In this document: positions 18,586-27,619 of the stretch, piece by piece
Layout: every line of letters begins with the position of its first letter
Position numbering within the stretch: position 1 is the first letter of the stretch
NCBI GenBank assembly: GCA_027622665.1
Contig: JAQBYT010000022.1
Location: 1-60,328 of the forward strand
Direction: 5' to 3'
DNA: 60,328 bases
DNA from: Verrucomicrobiota bacterium
Lineage (GTDB): Bacteria; Verrucomicrobiota; Verrucomicrobiia; Opitutales; Seribacteraceae
Translations under genes and position numbers: made by a program
Notes under the pieces: generated by a model
What the model saw: only the letters and a program-made list of their open reading frames with translations
What the model was told of the DNA's origin: nothing
Databases searched by the model: none

Positions 18586-19671
18586 TCAGGCGGCTTTCCT
18601 TGACATCGTTTCCGCCAAATCGGCCTTTTCTTCCCTAAGTTGTTTCTTCAACTGCCGAAACCCGATCATTTTCTTGGAGTCTTCGTCCCAAAGACGAGAA
18701 TTTATTGACTTTAGACTACCCCACAGCGTCATGGCTTTGACCTCTTGGAACATGGGGTCAGACCAGTGGCATTTCTCCAAGTTGTAATTGGGGATTTTTG
18801 GGCTGAGATGGTGGATATGATGAAAGCCAATGTTGCCCGAGAACCATTGCAGGACTCGTGGCAATTGATAGAAGGAACTGCCTTGAATGGCTGCCGTGGT
18901 GTAATCCCAATCTTCGCTATCCGACCAGTATGTTTCTTCAAACTGGTGTTGTACGTAAAACATCCATACTCCGCAGGAACTGGCCATCACCAACGCCGCA
19001 AGTTGAAACACCAGCCAGGGTAGGAATCCGAGAATACTTATAAGACCAGCAGCTGCCGCCAACAAGGCGAAGTTCATTAACCAGACTGATCGCTTTTCAC
19101 GTGGCCCCGCTCTTTTAGAAGGGAATCTTTCCAGTACCAGAAAGAGTGAGATGGGAGCGAGTAAGAACAGAACAAATGGGCTTCGAACTAGTCGGTAGGA
19201 AAATTTCTTCCACCGAGACGAATCGAGGTATTCTCTCACCGTCAACGTCCAGATGTCGCCTATTCCTCTGCGGTCAAGATCGCCCGAAGTTGCATGATGG
19301 ACGGAATGCTCCCACCTCCAGTGAAAGTAAGGGGTGAAGATGAGAAGCCCTGATATGAAGCCTAGGTAGTTGTTCGCCTTTTTAGATTTATAAAATGAGC
19401 CATGCCCGCAGTCGTGAAAAATAATGAAGACCCGAACCATAAACATTCCTGCAAGGAGAGCAGGTGGTATCGCCCACCAATATGAAAGAGACAGACCAAG
19501 GGACATGTACATCCATAACCCCCACAGTGCAAAATAGGGGCCGATGGAATTGGCTACCTGCCAACTAGCTCGAGCAACGCTTGGCTTTTGGTATTCGGCT
19601 ACGATTCTTTTCCACTTGGAGGTCGCTTCCTTGTGGCTCGCCTTGCTTAAAAGTTTTATTTCCTCCTCCAT
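18586..19671 (-). CDS. Membrane fatty acid desaturase
   Basis: Three His boxes HDCGH, HSVHH and HHIHH, plus YVQHQFE. Confidence 0.92.
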   Translation of the reverse strand: MEEEIKLLSKASHKEATSKWKRIVAEYQKPSVARASWQVANSIGPYFALWGLWMYMSLGLSLSYWWAIPPALLAGMFMVRVFIIFHDCGHGSFYKSKKANNYLGFISGLLIFTPYFHWRWEHSVHHATSGDLDRRGIGDIWTLTVREYLDSSRWKKFSYRLVRSPFVLFLLAPISLFLVLERFPSKRAGPREKRSVWLMNFALLAAAAGLISILGFLPWLVFQLAALVMASSCGVWMFYVQHQFEETYWSDSEDWDYTTAAIQGSSFYQLPRVLQWFSGNIGFHHIHHLSPKIPNYNLEKCHWSDPMFQEVKAMTLWGSLKSINSRLWDEDSKKMIGFRQLKKQLREEKADLAETMSRKAA

Positions 19672-19760
19672 CCCTTCGACCAATCATCAAGTAATCTTGG
19701 AATATGTTCAAGGTAATACGATCAGGGGTAGCCAATTCGTTCCGTTCTCCTGAAGGTTCT

Positions 19761-19793
19761 ACGCTTTGGCTTGAGCCCGTGGGACAATTGGTC
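19761..19793 (+). repeat. Direct repeat copy 1 (33 bp) flanking the M14 gene
   Basis: acgctttggcttgagcccgtgggacaattggtc; 29 of 33 positions identical to 21110-21142. Confidence 0.75.
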
Positions 19794-19831
19794 GAAAGGC
19801 TAAGCTCTCCCACCCCATGGTGAGAAGTGCT

Positions 19832-21010
19832 TCAACGAGCGTGCTTGAGGTAATTTGCAATCGCTTGGCCGAGGGCGACCCCATAGGTTCGGTAGCCGTC
19901 CTGGGTGGAGTTGGAGGAGTTCCAAGTGGTCTCGAGAGTCATGTTCACTGAGGTGAAGGCGGTGTTTTCGGCCACCCAGTTCTTGCTTATGCGTCGCCAA
20001 AGCGGATGGTAGCCCGGACCTGTGACGCGAACTTTCCCGGACAAACCGAGGGAGTGTTTGCCCAAGGTATCCAGGCAGAGTGTGTGAAAGCGCTGTTGAT
20101 TCGCCTTGCGGGAGGCATTGAGATGTGAATCGGGTGAGCCGAAGAAGAAGGGTGTGCGGTCGCCGGGCGCGGGGTTGTGAAGGTCGAGGAAAAGGGTGAA
20201 GGCATGTTCCTTGTCGAGGCGACGTATCCAAGCCTGAGCGGCTGCGACCTCGGGGTAGCGCGGTTGGGCGCTCCAGTCACGGTTGTGGTCGTGGGGAATT
20301 TGGTTTTTTCCGCCCGCCCCGCGTTCGACGTTGTCCACATCCATGATGGGCACGACGTGGACTAGCGCCTTTTCGCGCAACCCCTTGGCATCCTCGTGGT
20401 CCGAGGCCATCCATTCAACGAGGCCTCGGCAGACCCAACTAGACCCAGCCTCCCAAGCGTGCTGGCGAGCCTGTATCCAGATGGCGGGTTGCTTGCCGTC
20501 GCCCTTGGGCTCCCAGCGGAGGGCGGGCACGGCATGGCCCTCCTCGCTCTTGCAAAGCTCGAAAGCTTCGGCCCCGACCTTTGCCTCCACCGTTTCCTCG
20601 ACGAGTTCCCGTGCATTCGCGAGGGTGAAAGGTGGTCCCCACGCGAACCAGGTGGTTTCCTCGTCCACCTTGACTTCGTAGGTGAACAGTTTGCCCGACC
20701 GCTTGCCTGGAGAGGAGTGCTTCCACTTCTTGTCGTCGGAGCTTACGGAAGCCTGGCTCGGGACCGCGAACCCCGAGCCGTTAAGGCTCAGTTTCCAGAC
20801 ATCGCCCGGCGTGAGGCCCGAAACCTTGAAATACCACCAACAGGCCCAGCCCTTGCCTTTGTGGTTCATGGGGCGGAACCGAAGCAATCGGGCTTTTCCG
20901 TCCAGTTCCTCGACTACGACGGAGCCGCCGGGAAAGTCGGCTTCCACTTGCACCTTGGCTTGCAAGGCAGCGGTTCCGATGACGAATGCAAGGAGGATGA
21001 AGGGTTTCAT
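19832..21010 (-). CDS. M14-type zinc carboxypeptidase-like secreted protein
   Basis: Signal peptide; ARQHAWE (HxxE), NRDW and LDLH. Upstream starts at 21025 or 21049 are possible. Confidence 0.85.
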   Translation of the reverse strand: MKPFILLAFVIGTAALQAKVQVEADFPGGSVVVEELDGKARLLRFRPMNHKGKGWACWWYFKVSGLTPGDVWKLSLNGSGFAVPSQASVSSDDKKWKHSSPGKRSGKLFTYEVKVDEETTWFAWGPPFTLANARELVEETVEAKVGAEAFELCKSEEGHAVPALRWEPKGDGKQPAIWIQARQHAWEAGSSWVCRGLVEWMASDHEDAKGLREKALVHVVPIMDVDNVERGAGGKNQIPHDHNRDWSAQPRYPEVAAAQAWIRRLDKEHAFTLFLDLHNPAPGDRTPFFFGSPDSHLNASRKANQQRFHTLCLDTLGKHSLGLSGKVRVTGPGYHPLWRRISKNWVAENTAFTSVNMTLETTWNSSNSTQDGYRTYGVALGQAIANYLKHAR

Positions 21011-21109
21011 GAAAGCAAAACGCATAGTATGCGGCCTTTCCGTTTGCATTCAATCCCTACTTGTTGCGGAAATCCTTCTTTGCCGTGAGAGGGTTTTCGC
21101 CAAAGGGTC

Positions 21110-21142
21110 ACGCTTTGGCTTGAGCCTGTAGGGCAATTGCTC
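21110..21142 (+). repeat. Direct repeat copy 2 (33 bp)
   Basis: acgctttggcttgagcctgtagggcaattgctc, 5 nt before the sulfatase ORF. Confidence 0.75.
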
Positions 21143-21147
21143 AGAAG

Positions 21148-22617
21148 ATGGTAACTATGAAAAAACCAAACCTTTTTTTCTCAAACTCGGTGACCGTTCG
21201 CCTTGCCCTGAGCCTCTTTCTCTTCGCCGGGTTGGCCGAAGCCAAGGAGCGACCACCGAACGTCATCCTGATCTTGGCCGACGACCTCGGTTACGGCGAT
21301 CTCGGTTGCTTCGGTCAGAAGACACTTAAGACGCCTCGTCTCGACAAGATGGCGGCGGAGGGTATGCGTTTCACTCAGTTCTACGCGGGTTGCACGGTAT
21401 GCGCCCCGTCCCGCAGCGTTTTGCTCACGGGTAGGCACATGGGACGCACGGTGGTGCGTGGCAATTCCACCCAGCCGATCGTCATCAAGCCGGATCAGCC
21501 CACCTTGGCCTCGGTCCTCAAGCAGGCGGGTTACGCCACAGCCTGCGTGGGCAAGTGGGGCGTCGGCACTCCCGACAATTTCACCAATCCCAACGACGTA
21601 GGCTTCGACCATTTCTTCGGCTACGTCAACATGTGGCACGCTCACAATTTCTATCCCGAGTTCCTCATCCGCAACGGCAAGGTGGAAAAGCTGCAGAACG
21701 AAGTGGCTTCGAAGTGGAAGCGCTGGCAGGACCCGAAGCTTCCGCAGGCGGGCCGCGGGGTGGCGGTGAAGAAGGTAGATTACGCTCCCGACCTCTTCGC
21801 GGAGGACGCTCTCCGCTTCATTCGGGAGAAGCACGAGAAGCCCTTTTTCCTCTATTTCGCCATGAACGTGCCCCATGCCAACAACGAGGCCGGCAATCAG
21901 GGCATGGAAGTGCCCGACCTCGGCGAGTTCGCCAAGAAGGATTGGCCCGAGCCTGAGAAAGGGTTCGCCGCCATGATCAAGAACATCGACCGCGATGTCG
22001 GCAAGGTCCTCGACTTGGTCACCGAACTGGGCGTGGCCAAGGACACCCTCGTCATCTTCACCTCCGACAACGGTCCTCACCAGGAAGGAGGCCACAAGGC
22101 CGACTATTTCGACTCCAACGGCCGCTACCGCGGGATCAAGCGGGATCTCACCGAGGGCGGTATTCGGGTGCCCACCATCGCGTGGTGGCCCGGTTCCGTG
22201 AAGGCGGGAAGCGCCGACGACCACCAATGGTACTTCGGCGACTGTATGACCACCTTTGCCGAGTTGGCCGGGGTCGAGGCCCCCGATGACATAGACAGCG
22301 ACAGCTTCCTCCCTACTTTGCGGGGCAACCCGCCCGATAAGCAGTGGGCCCGCAAGAGCCGCCTCTACTGGGAGTTCCTTGAGCGCGGCTCCGCCCAAGC
22401 CGTGCGCTTCGGCAAGTGGAAGGCCATTCGCCAACCCATGTTCACCGGCCGGATCCAGCTCTACGACCTCTCTTTCGACCACGAGGAAAAAACGGACCAT
22501 GCCAAGGGCCGGCCCGACTTGGTCAAGCACGCCGCCAACCTTTTCGACCAGTGCCACGAGCCCGATCCCAATTGGAAGACGCCCGGGAGAACAAGTCCCC
22601 CGAAAAAGCCGAAGTGA
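21148..22617 (+). CDS. Arylsulfatase (S1 formylglycine-type sulfatase)
   Basis: Motifs PNVILILADDLG, CAPSRSVLLTG (CxPxR), GKWG and SDNGP; signal peptide. Confidence 0.95.
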   Translation: MVTMKKPNLFFSNSVTVRLALSLFLFAGLAEAKERPPNVILILADDLGYGDLGCFGQKTLKTPRLDKMAAEGMRFTQFYAGCTVCAPSRSVLLTGRHMGRTVVRGNSTQPIVIKPDQPTLASVLKQAGYATACVGKWGVGTPDNFTNPNDVGFDHFFGYVNMWHAHNFYPEFLIRNGKVEKLQNEVASKWKRWQDPKLPQAGRGVAVKKVDYAPDLFAEDALRFIREKHEKPFFLYFAMNVPHANNEAGNQGMEVPDLGEFAKKDWPEPEKGFAAMIKNIDRDVGKVLDLVTELGVAKDTLVIFTSDNGPHQEGGHKADYFDSNGRYRGIKRDLTEGGIRVPTIAWWPGSVKAGSADDHQWYFGDCMTTFAELAGVEAPDDIDSDSFLPTLRGNPPDKQWARKSRLYWEFLERGSAQAVRFGKWKAIRQPMFTGRIQLYDLSFDHEEKTDHAKGRPDLVKHAANLFDQCHEPDPNWKTPGRTSPPKKPK

Positions 22618-22623
22618 CGCCCC

Positions 22624-23886
22624 TCAGCCCTCCACCGTGATGGTGGTCTTGTGGATGGCGTTGGCGCCGTCCTTGCGGAAGGGGCGCGGCATCGGCTGGG
22701 CGTTGCCCTTGTCGTCTATGGTGCGGCAATAGAGGTCGTGTTTCCCCGGGGCGACGTCCTTGAGCAGGGTGGCCCAGTGGGCGATGGTGTAGCGCATCGG
22801 CCAATGCTCGGGCTTGCCCGCCTTGGTGAAGAACTGCACCTCGGGCGGCAGCTTGCCGTCGGGCAGGTCGCCTCCCCAGTTGGTGGGGGGCGGCAGAATC
22901 TTGGCGTCCTGCCACGGGGCCTTGGTGAAATAGGGGTCGTCCTCGGGCCATTCCTTGCCCTGCGGGTTTATCCACAGTTGCGCCTTGCTCAACCCACCCA
23001 CGCCCACTTGGGCCAGCCCCGTCACGGGGATCGGGACGCCCGCCTTTTCCTTGGCCGGCTTGTAGACGAACCGGCACATGGTTTTTATCCAGCTGGCGAT
23101 GTCGTTGTTGCCCCCCGCATAGGTGTCGTTGGCTTGGTGATCGTTGGTCAAGGCGACGGTCTTGAGCCACTTGACGGACTTGAAGCCGTAGGCGTCGGGT
23201 ACCAGCATGCGGACGGGGCCGCCGCGCTTGCCTGTGAGCCCTTCGCCGTTCAACTTGTAGCAAAGAATGATGGGGTTGTCGCCCGGCGGATCTTCGAGGG
23301 CCCGCCCGATGGGAAGCGAGCTGCGGAACATTTGTTTTGGATCCTCGTTGTGGTGGCCGTAATAGTACACCCGCCGAACATTGGCGGTTGGCTTCGCCAG
23401 CCAGATGACGGTCCTCATCGGCACACCTTCCCACAGGCCCATCCCGAGGGGGGCCTTCATGTTGTTGCACGACATCACCTTGAGGAAGCGCACGGCATGT
23501 TTGTCGGCCAGCTTCATGAGCCCCTTGAAGTCGAGGGCGTTGCCCTTTTCCCTGGTCATCGGGTTGACCATCGCGGCATTGCTTTCGGGGTCGGGGACGA
23601 CATCCAGCTTCCAGGTCTCACGCTCCAGCCCGATCTCGAGGCGTTTTTCCTTGGGCAGGGTGTAGGGCAGGGGGTTTCCCCTTTGCACCGTGCCGAACTC
23701 GTCTTGGTAGGTCAGGTACTCCATGTCGGAAGTGGCCTCCTCCAGTATCTCGGCATCCGATTCCTTGGCCCATGCGGCAATCACCTGCGTCGCCCCCAGT
23801 CCCGCCGCTCCCAAGCGCATGAAGTAACGGCGCGTCACCTCCAAGTGCTGCCGGCGGAGATCGTTCGATAGGGGGGCGTCTTGCAT
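22624..23886 (-). CDS. Tat-exported molybdopterin-dependent oxidoreductase (sulfite oxidase family)
   Basis: Tat motif TRRYFM; WEGVP; RGGPVRMLVP.AYGFKSVKWL; C-terminal Ig-like domain with CRTID..GNAQP. Confidence 0.85.
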   Translation of the reverse strand: MQDAPLSNDLRRQHLEVTRRYFMRLGAAGLGATQVIAAWAKESDAEILEEATSDMEYLTYQDEFGTVQRGNPLPYTLPKEKRLEIGLERETWKLDVVPDPESNAAMVNPMTREKGNALDFKGLMKLADKHAVRFLKVMSCNNMKAPLGMGLWEGVPMRTVIWLAKPTANVRRVYYYGHHNEDPKQMFRSSLPIGRALEDPPGDNPIILCYKLNGEGLTGKRGGPVRMLVPDAYGFKSVKWLKTVALTNDHQANDTYAGGNNDIASWIKTMCRFVYKPAKEKAGVPIPVTGLAQVGVGGLSKAQLWINPQGKEWPEDDPYFTKAPWQDAKILPPPTNWGGDLPDGKLPPEVQFFTKAGKPEHWPMRYTIAHWATLLKDVAPGKHDLYCRTIDDKGNAQPMPRPFRKDGANAIHKTTITVEG

Positions 23887-23976
23887 GGATTTTCAGTGGT
23901 CGGTGTTGCGGACAACTTGGGTGCCCCATGGCAACTCTTCATGCTAATTCCCAATGCGATCGGCACTCTTGGTACT

Positions 23977-24113
23977 GTCATTGCGAGGAAGCCCATTGGG
24001 CTGACGCGGCAATCCAGAGAAACTGCAACGCTTTGGCAATCCGGACGGTGGTTATACGTCTTCAGTAATGCGACTGGATTGCCGCGTCAGGCGTATGCCT
24101 TCCTCGGAATGGC
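23977..24113. repeat. Inverted REP-like palindromic pair (GTCATTGCGAG family)
   Basis: gtcattgcgaggaag...gacgcggcaatccag at 23977-24017 and its inverse ctggattgccgcgtc...cctcggaatggc at 24074-24113. Same family as 57373-57757. Confidence 0.8.
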
Positions 24114-24215
24114 AACTCGGAGAAGGTATGGCCGAAGAGGAAGGCGGCCCGTGCCTTCGTGCCTCCGCGAGAGATTAGGAAGAAGTCACAACTCGAGACG
24201 CAGTTGGTCTCGTTT

Positions 24216-24665
24216 TCAGCCCGGACGCTCGGGCAGGTTCTTTAGGTATTTTTTTGGGTTCGCTTGGAAGCGCGACACCGCGCGCTTCTTGGAAAAGTAA
24301 ATAGTTCGCCCCTTGTGCTCGATGAACAAGCTTTTCGGGTGCACCCGCATGTTCGCGTAGACGGGGCAGAACAATTGCCTGAGCGGTTTGATTTCCTTGG
24401 ACGCAACGGCCTTCAACTGGGGAGCCTGCTTCTGGCAGACCACCGCGAAGTATTCCGGGTTCTTGGCCCACGTCTCCTTGCACGAACCGCAGCATATGTA
24501 GACCTTCACTCCCTTGAAGACGACGAACTCCTCCATGTCGATTTCATCGTCCACCATCAACGGGCACCGCGTCTGCTTGGGTGCCTCCCGGGCCAGCGCC
24601 GAGAAGGCCAGCAGCTCCTCGAGGGAAAGCTCGGGGAGTATGGCGGAGACAAGACCGAGCTTCAT
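24216..24665 (-). CDS. YHS-like tandem domain protein with a chimeric N-terminus
   Basis: CPLM...FKGVKVYICCGSC and CPVY...HKGRTIYF...F.ANPKKY. The first ~22 aa resemble the N-terminus of a sugar-phosphate isomerase. Confidence 0.65.
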   Translation of the reverse strand: MKLGLVSAILPELSLEELLAFSALAREAPKQTRCPLMVDDEIDMEEFVVFKGVKVYICCGSCKETWAKNPEYFAVVCQKQAPQLKAVASKEIKPLRQLFCPVYANMRVHPKSLFIEHKGRTIYFSKKRAVSRFQANPKKYLKNLPERPG

Positions 24666-24702
24666 TGTGGTTGGTTCGTTGGCGAGGGAGGGTGCCGAAA
24701 CT

Positions 24703-25335
24703 TCACTGTTTCGAGTTCGTCAAGTCGATGAGCTTGAGGTTGCGGAACTTCACCCAGCCGGCGTGGCCTTCGGCTCCGTAGGTCTGGAAGGCGATGGAAC
24801 CGGCCTTTTGTAGGTCGACCCGCGGCTTGGGGTCGAGGTAGTCCACGATGAGTTGGTCGTTCAGCCAGGCCCGGATGCGGTTGTCGACCACGAGGAGGCG
24901 CACCTTGTTCCATTGGCGGGGCTTGCGGATATCGTCCTTCTCGTCCCCCTTGTCCAGCCAGTCGTCGAGGTAGAGTCCAACGTATTCGCCGGCCGCCCCG
25001 CGCCCGAGGTTCAACTGGTAGGGACGCCCGAGTCGCTTGGTCTTGGAGCGCCGGAAATAGATGCCGCTGTTGTACTTGCCGTGCTCGTCGATCTTGTACT
25101 CCAGTCGCAGGTCGAAGTCCTTGTAGTTTTTCTTGCTGACGAGTATGCCGCTCCGCTTGGGATCGCCGTCCTGTCCGCCCACGATGACGCCGTCCTCGAC
25201 CCGCCACTCGGCCTTGCCAGTAGGTTCCCACTGGCTGAGGTCCTTGCCGTTGAAGATTTGAACGTGATCGGTCTTGGCCCCGACGCAGAAAGCAGGAGTT
25301 AGACAAAGGAGTATGCTAAAGGTTCTTATATACAT
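24703..25335 (-). CDS. DUF1080 secreted protein
   Basis: Motifs IFNGKDLSQW, DFDLRLEYK, NSGIYFR, QWNKV and GSIAFQ. Confidence 0.9.
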   Translation of the reverse strand: MYIRTFSILLCLTPAFCVGAKTDHVQIFNGKDLSQWEPTGKAEWRVEDGVIVGGQDGDPKRSGILVSKKNYKDFDLRLEYKIDEHGKYNSGIYFRRSKTKRLGRPYQLNLGRGAAGEYVGLYLDDWLDKGDEKDDIRKPRQWNKVRLLVVDNRIRAWLNDQLIVDYLDPKPRVDLQKAGSIAFQTYGAEGHAGWVKFRNLKLIDLTNSKQ

Positions 25336-25533
25336 GCTTTGGGAGTTAAAGAGTCGCGAGGGATCGCCACTTCCGATGACTCAGCCAACCCAAAGTTATC
25401 CCATCATGCAATTCCGATTCTCCATTAGGAAGGATTTCAAGGGCATCATTCCTAGGCATTCGTAAAAATGCGGATGAGCCAAAGACCCTAAAGTAGTTCC
25501 ATGTGGAAGCGGACTCTCCCGCTCTCCCCGGAC

Positions 25534-26916
25534 TTAGCCGAACAGGGGTAGGGGATTGCCGTCGGAGATGGGCAATGGACGATCATCCCGGTCCATGATC
25601 ATTTGGCGGGGGTCGATACCAAGGGCATGAAAGATAGTGGCGTGTAGATCGGGCGGGCCGCATGGCTTGGTTGCGGGCTTTGCCCCGATGGCGTCGGAAC
25701 TGCCGTATACCTGACCACCCTCAATTCCTCCGCCCGCAAAGGCGACTGAATAACAATCAGGAAAATGGTCGCGGCCAGCTCCGCCGTTTATCTTTGGTGT
25801 GCGTCCGAACTCGGTTAGCAGGACGACCAAGGTCTCTTCCAGCATGCCACGCGCTTTCAAATCCCCGATGAGAGCAGTGGCTGCTTGGTCGAGAGGGGGG
25901 AGCATGTTGTTCTTGAGGCGGTTGAAGTTGTCTCCATGGGTGTCGAAGTGGTCGCCCGAGGAGCCGTTGAGGTCTCCTGCGGCGCAGTACACCGTGGATA
26001 CCGGCACGCCCGCTTCCGCCAGTCTGCGTGCGGTGAGGACACTTTGGCCGCATACGTGCATGCCGTAGGTCTCCCTTGTCTTGACGGATTCCTTTTCCAA
26101 GTCGAAGGCGTCGCGCGCCTTGGGGCTGAGCAGCATATCAAGGGCTTGCTCTCGCGAGCGAAGAACAGCCTTGCTCTCCTCGTGGTCGGTTCCCGCCAGT
26201 CTGTCCTCCAGTTGGCGAAGCAAGCTGCGTCTTCTGGCCAACCGATCTATATTCAAGCCCTCGGGTAAATCCAATTCCACGCGGCCGGAGGATGGTGATT
26301 TCCCCCCGTACTCACGAAGTTTCCTTCCCGTTGGACGGAACACCACCGGGTCTCGGCCGAGACCAAGAAATCCGCCGTCTTGTCCGTTGGCTACTCCGCC
26401 GTCGAACAGGGTGTAGGGTAGGGACGCAGCACCGGGTACCGGGCCTCGCCCGTCGCCCAGAGCTTCCCATATCAAGGATCCGATGCAGGGCCAGTCGTCT
26501 CGCGAGGCGGGCCAGTTTCCACCGAGGTTCGGTGGTTCGTGCCCCGTCAAGTTCCAGTAGGCTCCCGAGCGATGACTGGGCGCGTTGTGGTGGGCGCTCC
26601 GCACGATAGCCCACTCCTTCATTGTGCGGGCGAATCCCGGGATGTGCTCGCCCACGCGGATTCCCGGCACGGCCGTGGGCATCTCCTTGAATTGCCCGCG
26701 AATGTTGGATGCCGCATTTGGCTTCATGTCAAAGGTGTCGAGGTGGCTCAATCCACCCCAGGCGAAAAGCACGATGCAGGACTTGGCCCCGCCGAAACCG
26801 TGGGTCGCTTCGTCGTTTCGTCTGTCAGCAGCTTGCGAACGTAAAGCCAGAAATTCGGGTAACGCCAAACCCGACACGCCCAGCTTTAAAAAGTTTCGCC
26901 GACTCCACTGATTCAT
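25534..26916 (-). CDS. DUF1501 protein (Tat-exported)
   Basis: Motifs SRRNFLK, GGLSHLDTFDMKP, ARRLAEAGV, EFGRTPKIN...GRDH and DLHATIFHALGID. Confidence 0.92.
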   Translation of the reverse strand: MNQWSRRNFLKLGVSGLALPEFLALRSQAADRRNDEATHGFGGAKSCIVLFAWGGLSHLDTFDMKPNAASNIRGQFKEMPTAVPGIRVGEHIPGFARTMKEWAIVRSAHHNAPSHRSGAYWNLTGHEPPNLGGNWPASRDDWPCIGSLIWEALGDGRGPVPGAASLPYTLFDGGVANGQDGGFLGLGRDPVVFRPTGRKLREYGGKSPSSGRVELDLPEGLNIDRLARRRSLLRQLEDRLAGTDHEESKAVLRSREQALDMLLSPKARDAFDLEKESVKTRETYGMHVCGQSVLTARRLAEAGVPVSTVYCAAGDLNGSSGDHFDTHGDNFNRLKNNMLPPLDQAATALIGDLKARGMLEETLVVLLTEFGRTPKINGGAGRDHFPDCYSVAFAGGGIEGGQVYGSSDAIGAKPATKPCGPPDLHATIFHALGIDPRQMIMDRDDRPLPISDGNPLPLFG

Positions 26917-27033
26917 TCAATCGAGAAATATTCCATCAAAGATGAGATTCGTCAACGGGGTATGAGGGCAATTCGGAAATCTTGTCTTCTCACTCCCGTC
27001 GGTAAGGGAATGCCCTCACCCATAGGTCTTGTT

Positions 27034-27453
27034 CTATTCTTTGCTAAGAGCACCGATAATTCTCAGCAGATCTCCGGCGGGACTCTTTTGAATGTAGCTC
27101 TTGTTTGTCCTCTTGAAATAAAAGACTGTGTCTTTCCCCGAGGATTCCACCCAGAAACATTGCCAGCGTTCGTTTCCCAGTCGGTTGAGCGCTTTTCCCA
27201 TTTCCGTGGTGGCTTTGCCTCCGAACGCGACGATCTTATATTCCCAGTCGCCCATGTTCTCTATGTCTTCCTTGACCCACACCTTGGTTTGTTCGGTGAG
27301 TTCCTTGCCGTCCCCAAAATTCTGTTCATAGAGTTTCTTACGATCCTCGATGTTTTCGTCGTAGAGCTTCTTGCCGCTTTCGACTTTCTCTGCGGGATGA
27401 AGGTAGAGAGGAATTAGGCAGAGCATAAGGAATGCGGTGAGTATTTGTTTCAT
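27034..27453 (-). CDS. Secreted hypothetical protein with a DUF4177-like domain
   Basis: Signal peptide; WEYKIV...LNRLGNERW...FYFKR. Confidence 0.65.
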   Translation of the reverse strand: MKQILTAFLMLCLIPLYLHPAEKVESGKKLYDENIEDRKKLYEQNFGDGKELTEQTKVWVKEDIENMGDWEYKIVAFGGKATTEMGKALNRLGNERWQCFWVESSGKDTVFYFKRTNKSYIQKSPAGDLLRIIGALSKE

Positions 27454-27619
27454 GATCGAGTTCTCTATTATGGGTGGTGCTTCAAGGCCAATGCTTGAAG
27501 TGGCGAACTTGGATTCATTATTTATTGGAGGAGTTGGCCCACTTTACCAGGAATTTGGCGAACGGATTAGGTGATAACGTTTGATCGCAAGTTTGATCAT
27601 CTTGATGAATGATTGATGG

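Noticed and set aside
21181..23871. Long antisense ORFs (21181-22557, 22651-23871; also 37197-38738)
   Set aside because: These are shadows of GC-rich real genes on the opposite strand and show no protein motifs.
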